DNA from: Sphagnum compactum
Lineage: Eukaryota
Length of the DNA stretch: 64,000 nucleotides
Assembly (NCBI GenBank): GCA_965153455.1
Contig: OZ234493.1
Location: 14,250,213 to 14,314,212 of the forward strand
Reading direction: 5' to 3'
Within the stretch, counting starts at the first letter, position 1. The number at the start of each line of letters is the position of its first letter. Shown here piece after piece: positions 39,395 through 51,375 of the stretch. The position numbers were made by a program, and so were the translations under genes. A model generated the notes under the pieces. That model did no database searches, was not told the DNA's origin, and saw only the letters and a list, made by a program, of their open reading frames with translations.

Positions 39395-42300
39395 ATGGCG
39401 CTTCATTCCCTCTTGCCTAATCTGCAAATTACGTGGCAGGCCACCACAACCGGCCGGAGGAAGGCGGGGCCACTCGGCTTGAGGAACCTGGGCAACACAT
39501 GTTACCTCAATAGCGTGTTGCAGTGCTTGACTTACACACCGCCACTCGCCAACTACTGCGTTCTCAATCTCCATTCCTCACTCTGTAAACGACTCCTTTC
39601 ACAAATCCGCCTTTTGTCGCTCGCTGCTTTTGCAGCCATTTGTTCTTGCACTTTTGTATGGGTTTTGAGCTTCTCGCAGGAAGCTGGAACCCTATGTAGT
39701 ATTGCAATTTTGTTCAACGTACTTAGGATATGTTGCAGCCATATGTTATTGCACTTTGTATGTGTTTTGAGCTTCTAGCAAGAAGCTGTAACCTATGTAC
39801 GAGGATTGCAATTTTGCTCAAAGTAGTCAGGATAGGTATTCGACCCTCCCCCTGGCTGGAATCGTGGGAAGTTTGAGGTTAGAATCATGTATGAGTGTGT
39901 TTCAGTTAGTAAGGTCATGCTCCTCATCTTGCTTTTGTGGTTTTGCATTATGTCACAGGCAATGTGCTGAATGAGAAGAATAACAGTAATTGTCCATTCT
40001 GCTACCTGGAGAAACGGATTCAGCAATCTTTAACAACAGAGCTTGATGTCGATGCACCTGTAAGGATACACAATAGGCTACAGTACTTTGCAAAGCACTT
40101 CCGGAATGGACGCCAGGAAGATGCACATGAGCTCTTACGGTATGCAATCGAGGCATGCAATAGTGTTTGTGTACAGCTACACAAGTTGCTCCGTGGGAGC
40201 AAGCTTGCAACGAAGCAGAGTGAATCCAAAGGGGCGAAGGAGGAGCCACACACGGTGGTGAAGGAGATGTTTGGTGGACTCTTGCAGAGCCAAGTCAGAT
40301 GCCTTACATGCAATACAGAATCCAATAAGCTTGATGAGATCATGGATCTCAGCCTTGACATTGTCCGCTTGAATACTGTGAAGGAGGCTCTCTGTCGGTT
40401 TTTCCAGCCAGAAGTATTGGATGGTGATAACAAATACAGATGTGATCAGTAAGATTTCTCCACACTTTTTTGTTAAGTTTGTAGATCTGACCAGTATACT
40501 TCAATTTTCTCCCTCCATCAGAGTCTGGTGTTGTACAGCACTTCTGACATTGCTGTTAACCTGCTCAAATTCCTTGCAATCTAGCAATCTTTCAACAGAT
40601 GAATGAAGATACTTTCACTTGGAGGTTCGATGGGGATTTCACAGAGGGCATTTCACAGTGAAACTTGTCATCTGATTGCCTCTCTAATTCACTTGTCTCC
40701 TCTTTCACATCTGCTATCATGGTCATGTTGCCAGAATAGTGATAGTTGGAGGAGGATTGACTCCAGTGGATGCTTTCAACCTTAGTTGGAACTGTAAACC
40801 TAAGAGATTGCTCAGTTTCCTGGGTAGTTGTAGTGTTGTTTTGTAGTTTTCTGTGCTATCTTGTAGATATAGTTATGGTTTTAGTGCCACCCTGTGGTTG
40901 CCAGTGAGGGTGTTCTGTGCACAGAGAGTCTGGGAGAGTTTTCCCAGACTTTCTGCTGTTTTCTGTGTGTTTGCTTGTCATTGGGTAGTTGAACTCTTGT
41001 GATGGCTCTGCCTACAATGAAGAAGTAAGAATACGTAAGTGCATTAATTGAGTTGACCATCTTGTCCTGTTCATCATTGAGTGTATAGGTGCAAGAAGCT
41101 ATCTCCAGCGCGAAAACAGATGGCTATGTATCGGGCACCCAATGTACTTGTAATACAGCTGAAGGTTAGGCCTGTAACCTTTTCTGGATGTGATCTTTTG
41201 TCCTGCTGGAGTTTTTCAGTTTTGTTTGGGGGGGGGGGGCAGCTTCTAATCTGTTGTATCCTGAACTTCAATCTCTACGTAAACATCAATGACTTAATAG
41301 GCTGTGATGAGCCATTTATGTTAGCTGGCCATGTATGGAGTACTGTGTTTTCACAGCAGCCTGTTTGTGTAATATTGTGTTCATCTGATCCTTGGTGCCC
41401 TCGCTTTTTCTTGCAGCGATTTGAGAACATCTTTGGAGGAAAGATAGACAGACATATTGTCTTCGAAGAACGATTGTGCCTTGCAGGTCACATGTGCCGG
41501 GCAAGCAAGGTTTGTTGGATGGCCTGTTACTTTCTCCAATGTTGATGTTTGTTGATGGATTTCTTTTAGCTGGAGCTACGATGTTGATAGAAATACTTGG
41601 TCAGCAGTTCAATAACTTTCTGATTTCACATATTGGCAGGATGCTCGACCAGAGTATTCACTCTATGGGATAGTTGTCCATGCTGGTCATTCACAAGATG
41701 CTGGACACTACTATGCATATGTCAAGGTAGGTCACCTGGACTCTCAAAATGTGGGTATCATTGCAACAGAAGTCTGAATGGACAGTTGCTAAGGGACAGG
41801 GTTATAAGTGGGTCTTCTCTGACTTTTTTGACAGGGAAGTGGTGGGCAATGCATTTGTGAGATTGAACCGTTCTTGAGGTTGCCTTGCCCAGGTTAATGA
41901 AAATCTGACAGATATATGTCTTCTGTGACAGGATTCCAGTGGGAGATGGTTCTGCTGTGATGATGCAAGTGTATCTCTAGTTACCAATACAAAGACAGTG
42001 TTAGATGAAAAGGCTTACATGCTTTTCTATGTCAGAAGTTCGATGGGGCTCAAGACATCAAAAGAAGCACTTCCATCTGGTGGTTCCATCCCTTTATCAC
42101 TGTCTACAACAGAGACACAGCTGTCAAAGTCTTCAAAGATCTCTACAGCTCCACCCACAAATTCTAGCTCTGGGGTGAGCAGTAATGGAAACGTCAGCAG
42201 GGTAACAACAAAGCCTCTGGTAAAATATGGCAGTATTTCAGCTGTCAATGGTCGGCAGGTCAACTCTGAATACCTTGGCAATGGCAGCCACTGTAAGCTG

Positions 42301-43863
42301 GTGCAGTCAGCTAATGGTAAAGCTGTGATTGAGGAGCACCTAAGCACTAATGGAGATTGTGGTAGCAGTGGCTTGTCTGGAAATGATGAGTTGTCTTCAG
42401 CTGTGACAAACTGCAATGGGAAATTTTATGGGCCTGAGCTTCCACAAAATCTAGCCTCCTCTTCTGCAGTTGACACTAAAACTGCTCATCATGAAACAGT
42501 ACCACCAGTGGCTTTGGGTACATCAAATGGCTCATCCACTGTTCCTGCACTACCACAATTAACACCAAATGAGCCTGTTGGGGAGAATTCAGTGGTTACA
42601 GAGAAGGATGCAATTGATTCTGGAGGAACCAAATCTTTTGTGATGGTGAGTAAGAACTACAACTGTAGTCTTTACAATTCTGATGGCTTTTTCCCCCTTT
42701 GACAATGTGTCTTTCCTATTTCAGCAGTGTCTTCACTTATTCCCAAGTAAGGTGTAGTGACAAATTGTGCAGTTTGGGCTCTGTCATGTTAGTGAGCTTT
42801 CTATTGGAATTAGGTGGGAAGTGTTACCATTGCAGGTTTAGCAGCATGAGCAGCTGAAATATGCTTTACTTATTCAATTTGGCTAACTGTTAAGGAGGAC
42901 AAGGGTCAGGTCTGCTGTAGAGGGCAGGTCTTGTTGGCATGTATTTGCCAAGTATGGCTCCAGGTACCATCATTGGACAGATTATCTTTAGTCTAGACAA
43001 GGGGCCCATGGGATTTATGTATACTGGCTTTTACAGGAAACGAAAAAGGCAGAAGATAGATCGAGAGCAGTGGGAAATGAGCCCCAAAATGGTTCTGTGA
43101 CAGAGACCAACTTGTGTGGGAAAAGGTTGCGAGAGGAAGGTGGTAATTCTTCACCTGAAGTCATGAAGGCAGGAAAGGTTGGTGAAGCTGCTCTGTCTGT
43201 CAATGTGAATGAGAAAAACTCTTCAATGGATGCAGATCAGTTAACAGAGCTTGAGAAGCTGAAGATTATGTAAGCATCTTTCAACCTATGATGTTATAAA
43301 CTCCAATGAATACTTTCAGCCAGTGGTTTGTTTTGACAGAATGGTTGCATTTATTGATGATTCCGGTGTGGTGAGCCTTCATTGAAGTGTCAACTGGTGC
43401 ATGTTAATTTGACTACCAGCCTTGAAAAGGAAGGACGTGAAGAGTTGCAGCGATCAGGTTGGTGTGAAGCTTTGAGAGAGTCCTTGCGGGCTGCCAAGAA
43501 ACGGCGGCTTGGACAGTTATGGCCAAGAGAAGTCACAGACAGAGCTCTTTTGAGGTATATAGGAAGTTAGGAATGGATGGCAGAGTTCTTCGTGAGCAAT
43601 TGTTAGCTATAATGAAGTGTAGCAGATTTTTTCTGATCAGTACATAGGGTTTAACATGTACATTTATTGTTTGTTTGCCTGGGATGAAATCATGATGATC
43701 ATTACCACAATGATGCCTTCAATTTACCCTGTTGCTGCTCGTGTGATGCAGGAAGCAACTTATTATTGAGGTTCAAGAACCTTTGAAACTCCAGGTTCCT
43801 AGAGCTTTGAAGGAGCACCTGGTGGAACAGCTACGGACCTTTTTTTTACCAAAAGACAACTAG
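39395..43863 (+). CDS. UBP25: Ubiquitin-specific protease (C19 family), UBP25-like, 9 exons
   Basis: Exons 39395-39584 (LQITW...[21 protein letters not shown], Cys box), 39959-40448 (QEDAHE), 41089-41164, 41417-41509, 41640-41726 (VVHAG...GHYYAYVK, His box), 41932-42645 (WFCCDDA...AYMLFY), 43037-43269, 43420-43554 and 43752-43863. All phases are consistent. Confidence 0.93.
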
Positions 43864-45454
43864 GTGGGAAGTTCCAACGGTCTTATGACTTGATGGCTTT
43901 CAAGCAGCAATTGATAAGTGGGGTCAGCGGTAGACAGTTTTAGACACTATGCAGCTGGGTTACTTGCTTCTTTGAAACTTCCTTAGATAGTTTTGGCAAT
44001 GGTGGAGAGCTGGTCGTTACATGAGCTGTAACTCGCTTGCACACAGGTTGTGTGTGGTTCTTTGCAGTCAGGGTGGATGGGAGACCCAGGTGGCATCTTT
44101 TGTCAGATTACGTTGCATGTCTCCATTCTGACTAGCTTTGTAGAATTCATTTACTTGGACTGAGTAATTATTAGCAAAGAAGCATGAGTAAGGACATGAT
44201 GGTGGGGTTGGCCAGACTTGGAGTATCATGGGGAAGGTACGGTGGAGTTGGAAGTGATGTTGAATAACGGAATTCTCGGTTTAGGCTTGCTCCCTGCTAA
44301 GTGCCTCATGCCCTCTTGTGCATAGGAAAGCTAATTACCTGTGGCATTTTTGGAACAAAAAGATTCTGCCAAGCCTATTACCATCATTTAGATTACCCAC
44401 CATTGCTGATAGTATACCTGCTTCTGGAGAGATCATAGCATTTATCCAGCAGAGACAAAGTGGTACTTAAGGTGGAGGAAATATGTGGCAGGCTGGAGGA
44501 CTGGCTTGTGTGTATTAAAAGTTACGCTGTGCAAGCGTCAACTCTGTACATCAACCTGACACTAGTTAACATTCTTCACCACACATTGTTAAGCAGAGTT
44601 TGCCTCTCTTGGCTAGGCAGAAATTACTTGTCTTGACTAGTTGCAACTCCTGCTGGTTGGTTACAGTAGCAGTGTGTGTCTTTCTTTTCTTGTTTCGTTT
44701 CTGGAGCTCACAAACATGGTGGCGGAGTAACAGAAGGTTGTTTGTTGTGTTGGGCTGGCTGCTGGATTCATGGTATGTCAACATGTATGGCTTCAGTCTG
44801 CAGCCCCCATTTCCTGGTTCAACCTGGCCACCCATTGCTGCCCCCTGATTCCGCATCAAATCAGCCTGTCTGCATCTTTTACAGGAGATGGGAGTACTGA
44901 GAATTTTCTAGTGAAAAAGTGTAGGTAATCATTTCTGACAGTTTTGCCTCGCTTATTATCCTGCATTTTTAACTTATTGTAGTCTTTTAAAACTTTTTAG
45001 TTTCCACACAATCTCAGTAGTTGTTTTACAGTGAATGTGGTGCCCTCTGTTTTACCAGTAGTATAACATCCTCTAGTTGTTCCTTGTGGTTTCCAAGGAT
45101 AAGTTTGTTTTTACACCTGTGGTGTGTACCAACATCATTTTGCTCTTTCATTTTTTTTCTTTCCAACGGGCTTCTGCAGGTAGTTTGTTATCTGCTAGTG
45201 GATATTTTCAACTGATTCTTCATTGAGAGTTTCTGATATAGGTTGTTAAGTTTTTAGTGTTCTGCTGAAGATGTTTCCGGAGTTTTGATATGGATTTAAA
45301 CAGTTTGATTTGATAATAATTTTATAAAAACATTCCTAATGATGGTGCAGTTTGCATACCATCTTTCTGTTTGAAGAGTTTTGATGTGGATTTAAACTTT
45401 TTTTATATTCAAAGTATTCACACTGACGATTTGGCTGTTACCACACTTGTTCTT

Positions 45455-45850
45455 GTTAGAGATTTGCTGTTGAGTTTGGTAATTTGTGCTAATGCCTTTT
45501 TGCCTTGAGTCCGGCTAATTTGCATTACTTTTTCATTTTAGATTGCTATAGATTTTGCACACTACCTCTAGTTCTTGTTATAGATTTGCCACTTGAGTTT
45601 GGTAAGTGTTCTAATGCTTTGCCTTCGATTCCAGCTAATTAGCATTAGTTTTTCTTGTTAGTTAGAGACTTGCTGTTGAGTTTGGTAATGTGCAGGTCTG
45701 ACTTTGCCTTTGATTCCAGCTAATTAGCATTAGTTTTTCTTGTTCGATTGTCAGAGATTTGCCATTGAGTTTGGTAATGTGCATCTCTGACTTTGCCTTT
45801 GATTCAGGCTAATTTAGCATTCCTTTTCTTCTTGTTAGAAGTTTGCCTTT
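45455..45850. repeat. Degenerate tandem repeat, about 90-120 bp unit, about 4 copies
   Basis: 'agattt/cttgc...ttgagtttggtaa...ttgcctt...tcc/aggctaatt...gcatt...ttttc' recurs at about 45455, 45578, 45661 and 45750. Confidence 0.75.
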
Positions 45851-45876
45851 GCCATTCATTCAGGCTATATAGTTAA

Positions 45877-46050
45877 CATACTTTTTCTCTTATTTTTTTA
45901 ACAGTCCAAAAGAAGCATACTTTTTCTTATTGTCTGCTTGTTAAGAGGTCTGTTGTCATACTTTTTCTCTTATTCTTTTTACAGCCCAAAAGAAGCATAC
46001 TTTTTCTTATTGTCTGCTTGTTAAGAGGTCTGTTGTCATACTTTTTCTCT
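45877..46050. repeat. Tandem duplication, about 81 bp x 2
   Basis: 'catactttttctcttatt...caaaagaagcatactttttcttattgtctgcttgttaagaggtctgttgt' twice. Confidence 0.9.
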
Positions 46051-46799
46051 TGTTCTTCTTGTTAGAGGTTTGCAGTTGAGTGGTAATTTTGCACAAAATT
46101 GTTTGCCACTGATTGAAGTTAATTCAAGCTGTAGTTAGTGCACACAGGTTTGCATAGTTAGTTTCTAATAGAGGTTTGCTATTGCATGCCTTTGCTTTTT
46201 TATTCAGGCTCATTAGATGTAAACATTTGGGACTCCAATTGGTGAGAGTAATTAATTGCCTGGGAAAAGCTTGCAAGCTGTTCATGTTTCATTTAGAGAT
46301 TTTTGTTTCACTAACAGAACTGGTATGTCAGCAGTGCTGCCTCTTCCAGTGTGCTGGGAAAATGCTGAGCTTGCAAAATATTCCATCACGTGGAGCAAAG
46401 TGCATTATCAGATGGAAAAGAAATTGAAAGTGCTGGAATTGCAAGAAGCTATGATTCTAGGTTTCTGAAAACTTGCTGTTACGAAAAAGCAAAACAAAAC
46501 TGTGTAGAGTAGGGAAGAGCCAATACACTAGTATTTCTGACAATGATATATACATCAGAGCCAAGGTGCTATCTAAAAACTCAATGGCCTCCAGGGAATA
46601 AAATCATTCCTCCTTTTACATGTATTTTCATTCCTACTTCAAAAGCAAACATAGAAGAATAATAATAGTACATAAAGGCTTCAGACTTCTGGTTTTATTG
46701 AACACAGAAGAAATAAGAAAGATCAACAGAATATTACACTGCAGATAATGAAAAAAAAAAAAAAACAAAACAAAACAAAACCGGTTCATTGTTGGTTCA

Positions 46800-46902
46800 A
46801 GAGCTCTTGTAGATTTTGATGATGACTCCAGGACAAACTGGATTGTTTGGCTCAGAGCTCTTGTAGATTATGATGACAATTCCAGGACAAACTGGATTGT
46901 TT
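46800..46902. repeat. Tandem duplication, about 55 bp x 2
   Basis: 'agagctcttgtagatt(t/a)tgatga...tccaggacaaactggattgttt' twice. Confidence 0.85.
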
Positions 46903-47397
46903 ATAGTCAATAAACGCTGTTGTAAAAGTAAGAGAGATGGGATGTTCAGTTAACTGTGTGTGCTGGAAATAATTTAACTTTCCAACACACAGAATTTGAT
47001 CTGAGTCCCGATATGCCTAGGAGATTTGCGTTTTGTGGATTCACCTGGAAGAGCTTCTTTGCATGGTTGGAAGATCTACAGATTACTTCACTAACCCGAT
47101 TTTGCTTCTCAGATGATGTTCTTCTCAGAGTGAGAAACTTTCTTGCCTACTTTCTTGCCCCCCTGCAACAACCCAAACCATTTTACAACTCATCTTTTGT
47201 GTTCTGTCATGTGCAGAGGTGTGCTCTCTGCAAAGATCTCTCATTGCAAGTTATAAAGGAAGATTACCTTTTGGTGCATGAGATCCCTTTGATGGTGATG
47301 ATGTATGCTGTGTGCTTTGCAGGCATTAGTTGCAGAAAGGAAGGTGTAAAGAAATAAGCCGTGGAAGTGGGCTCCCCAAGGTGTGTGAAGCTGTGTA

Positions 47398-50342
47398 CTA
47401 CTTTGGTGTAGCAGGACTGGGAGGGCCTGACTGCAGAGAAGCTACTTGATGCATCAAGCTTTCCAGTTTTGTAATCACACACTCCAACAACCTTGATTGC
47501 TGCAACCGAGCTTGTTCCATGGAAGTACCCCACTTCTGCATATGCTCCACATGCTGCTTAAGCATTTCTCCCATAGCCTGCAAACCAAAATTCCCATCAC
47601 ATTCAAAACTGAAAAACAACCCTTTCCCTTGCTTGCTTGTCAAAGAAAAAAAATGCTACATACACAATATGAATAATCAATCTGGTGCTTCTCTCATTTT
47701 GAGTTGGAAGCCAGTTCTTGCATAGTCATGACAGAGATTCATTGTTCTTTTGCTGATTCTGTCTCTCAGTGATCTCAAGGGGCCACAACAGTAGCAAGTA
47801 ACATCGGCACTTCAGCTGTGAAATCTTCTCATAATCTTGTGCTCACATGACTGTCATCAACATGCTCTGCTTTCTAACATTCTTCAATGCTGTTTCATTC
47901 CTCATTACCATTTCCTGAAGGATACTTAATCTTCTTCAGCTATCTCCTCAAAGTTACATGTGGATTGATGAGAAGAAAAGCATAGATGTTCTGTTGAGAA
48001 ATTACAGGTACCTCTCCCCGAAGCCGGATTGATTCCTCGCGCCTCTCACAAGCTTTGAGTTGGGTACAAAGCAGTATTTGCATGTCTCGCATCAGCTGGA
48101 ACTCATCCACCTTCTTGATCCGCTTTGCAAGCCCAAATCCAGGTCTGCTGGGTTGTTGTCGTTGTTGCTGTTGTTGTTCTTTTGATGTGTAGAGAGATGC
48201 TGCTTCTTCACCCTTCTCAGATGGAGTTTCCTTCCTCTTGACACTTTTGATACATGGTGTTTCTGTAATCATCCCTAAAGCAGGATCACTTCCACAATTC
48301 ATATCCCCCAGCTTCTGCTGCTGCTGTTGCTTCTCAATGACCACATTTGGAGAAGATGGTGTTGCCGTTGGAGAGTAGTCTCCTCTATCTCCTCTATCAA
48401 CCACTGCATTCAGATCAACCCCAATCCCATGTTCACCACCACCACGCCCTGCACCTTCTTCTTCCTCCTTCCACAACTTTCCTTCTCCATTTTTCCTAGG
48501 GTTTTTATCAAGAGCTGCAATCTCTCCATCTCCAGAAGCATGTTGATGTTCTGATCCATGAGTTGTATTGGCAGCAGCAGAAGATGCTTCAGACATGTTG
48601 AGGATGCCCCTTTTTTCTTCAAGCATGGACCCAGTCTCAATACCTGGAAGTAGTTCTCGTTGTATCATTCTTTCTCTGGGAAGGTGTTGCACTGCAGAAA
48701 ACTTTGATTGTTGGGTCCTCTCTGATGTTGGAGTGCATAGATCTTCAGCTTCCTCCTCTGTCTTCTCACAGAAATCCTCCTCTGATCCTGCTTCCTCTTC
48801 CGCCTCTTCCTCCTCAACCTCCTCATGCTGCTGCCGCATCATCTCGAGAGACACTTCCTCAGCATCTGACTTGCAGAGCTCGAGAATCAAGGGGGAGATT
48901 TGGGGATTCTTCTTGCCTGTCTTGCTGCCAAAGTCTTGCCATATCTCATAGAACCTTGGCCTCTGCAACTCACGACCAGCCATACTGGGATGTGAGCGCA
49001 CCTTCTTCTTGTACAGCAAGGTGTACTTGGCGCATTCTCTCCGAACTTTGTAATACTTGCTCTGGCATTGATGTTTGGTAAACTCTCTACCAAATTTCTC
49101 CTTCATCAAGCGCAGAATCGGACTCCATTTTTTGTGGTACTTGCTGTTGCCATGGCCACCATGTCCATTGGCTTCGTTGTTCAGCTTCTTGTGGATGGCT
49201 TCATAGCTCTCAAACAAGAACCTCACCATCTCCTCATTCCAGGGGTTCTTCAAATCATGCTGCAACTCTGGATGCTCTTTCTTGCCTGCTGCCATGTTCC
49301 GTCTGCCAAGCTCCAATTCTTTGTATGGCAGCTCCTCCCCATCAAGCACACTTCCACTTTCTAGTGAGGAACAATCAGCACCAGCACCAGCAGCATCGAA
49401 AGAAGATACCATACCTCTCCTTTTCTCACCTCCTGTTTTGAGATCCACAGTGAGGAGGAGCTGCTTCTTCTCCTGATCAGCTCCTTTGCCATTGCATTTG
49501 ACCAATGCAGCAGCAGCATCACCATCACCATGCTCACCACCGGCAGGAACGACATAAGCGCTACCGCCATGGCGTTCCCCAGACTGCAATTGCCGGGGAT
49601 TCGAAGTTCCAAGGGAAAGATAGAAGTCTGGTACTACTCCAGGAATCGCGACTGTCACCTTGTCGCACGCTTTGGTCGCCAGGGGTCTCTCAACAGGCAG
49701 ACGACGAAGGTGCGGCGGTTGCTCTCTGCCCTTTTCCGCCGGGAACGAAGGCGGACGGGGCAACAACAGGCTGCGACCTTTGCTTGCTTTGGCACTGTTT
49801 GCAGGCGTGCCTTCAGTAGCACCGGAGCTCGAATTGCTTGCAATCTGGTAAGGTGGATAGAAACCTGGCGCCTGGAAGCCTCTTGCGAAACTTGGAATCG
49901 CAAGAGCGTTCCAGGCTGCTGGTGGCCTGAAGCCAGCAAAAGGAGGTGTGAATGGAGACGGAGAAGAACCTGCAGCAGCAGCAACGGAAGCAGATGCATC
50001 GCCTGCTTGGGACCTAGGTGGCGATGCCACAGCAGCAAGAGCATAAGGAGACGGAAAACCTGGCGGTAAAGGTCCCAGGAATGGAGCGTTGTAAGGTCCA
50101 GCGTATACATGCCAAGGAAGCTGCTGCTGTTGCTGCTGCACTGTATAAGCACTTGTTCCAGTAGGCACGAAGAATGGCGGAGGTGTTCCAACTGCCGCTG
50201 CTGCACTTGCTGCTGCGATGGTCGTTGTTGCTGAAGAAGCTGTAGTGGTGAGCGTCGTAGTCGTCGTCGTCGTCGCAACAACTGCTGTGCTCGTCGTCAC
50301 GGGGACAGCCGAACTTGCAGCAGGAAGACTAGAAGATGCCAT
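47398..50342 (-). CDS. Trihelix / Myb-SANT-like DNA-binding protein with a C-terminal coiled coil
   Basis: Exon 50342-48012 has a low-complexity Ala/Pro/Thr N-terminus, the domain WNEEMVRFLFESY...KWSPILRLMKEKFGREFTKHQCQSKYYKVRREC...PRFYEIW, and acidic and poly-Q tracts. It splices (GAG|GTACC...TTGCAG|GCT) to 47577-47398 (AMGEMLKQH...QQSRLLECVITKL). Confidence 0.85.
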
Positions 50343-50942
50343 TACAGAAATGCAACAACAGACGTCGTCAATTCAATCCACTGACGCCGCGCGCGAAAGC
50401 TCGAAAAACCTTACAACACATCATGAATCGCAGAAGCAACCCGATGACTACAAGACATAGAGAGAGAGATACAGACAGACAGAGACAGAGAGGCGAGATG
50501 CAAGCGCTTGCAGATTGCTCACGTCAATCAATGCCGAACAAAGTCCACAGAGGCGGATGCAGATCTCCTTCCTCCCACAGCGAAGGGCGGTGATTATGAT
50601 GCCATTGCTCGGATATCGAGCCGGAACGCACGCACTACGAGAAGAAGCACAGACAACCGTTCTCGAGCTTCTTGTTGTTCTTCTTCTTCTTGCGTGGTTT
50701 CTTCTGGCGCTGTCTGTGTGCAGCAGCAGATTCACAAATCCAACAATTTTAAAAATGGAGAATGGTCAATTTGCGAAACTGCGAAAAAGAATTTTTTTTT
50801 AATCGAGTGGGCCGGGGGGGGGGGAACAAGCTACAAAAGAGAGCACAAAAGCTCGAAGCTCGGAGAGCCTCGCGACTGTCGTCTCTGACTCTCTCTCCTC
50901 TCTCTCTCTCTCTCGCGCGCGCGCGTGTTGTTGCAACAAAAG

Positions 50943-51375
50943 AACAACGCTGCGTGCGTTCAGGAAGTCATTCGAGGTCCTAAAACAACAACGCTACGTG
51001 CGTTCAGGAAGTCATTCGAGGTCTCAAAAACAACGCTGCATGCGTTCACCGTCATTGGAGGCCTCAAAATCAACGCTGCGTGCTTTCAGGTCGTCATTCG
51101 AGATCCCAAAGACAACGCTGCTTTGCTTGCGTTCAGGAAGTAATTGAAGTCCCCAAAAAACAATGCGTACGTTCAAGAAAAGAAATTCGAGATCCCCAAA
51201 AACAACGCTGCGTGCGTCCAGGAAATAATTGGACGTCCCAACAAACAACAATGCGTGCGTTCAGGTCGTCATTCGAGGTCTCAAAAATAGAACACTGCGT
51301 GCGTTCAGGTCCTCATTCGAGGTCCCAAAAAACCAAAGCTGCATGAGTTCAGCTCGTCGTTCGAGGTCGCAAAAA
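50943..51375. repeat. CpG-rich minisatellite, about 43 bp unit, about 10 copies, upstream of the trihelix gene
   Basis: Consensus approximately 'caacgctgcgtgcgttcaggtcgtcattcgaggtcccaaaaa', head to tail with scattered substitutions and small indels. Confidence 0.9.

Noticed and set aside
44566-44900. Small ORFs downstream of UBP25
   Set aside because: Overlapping short ORFs on both strands with no recognisable motif, most likely 3'UTR sequence.
48327-50460. Many overlapping antisense and alternative-frame ORFs
   Set aside because: Shadow ORFs of the GC-rich trihelix coding exon.
50943-51375. CRISPR-like repeat-spacer array or tRNA cluster
   Set aside because: The whole unit is homologous between copies with no unique spacers, and no cloverleaf or A-box is present.
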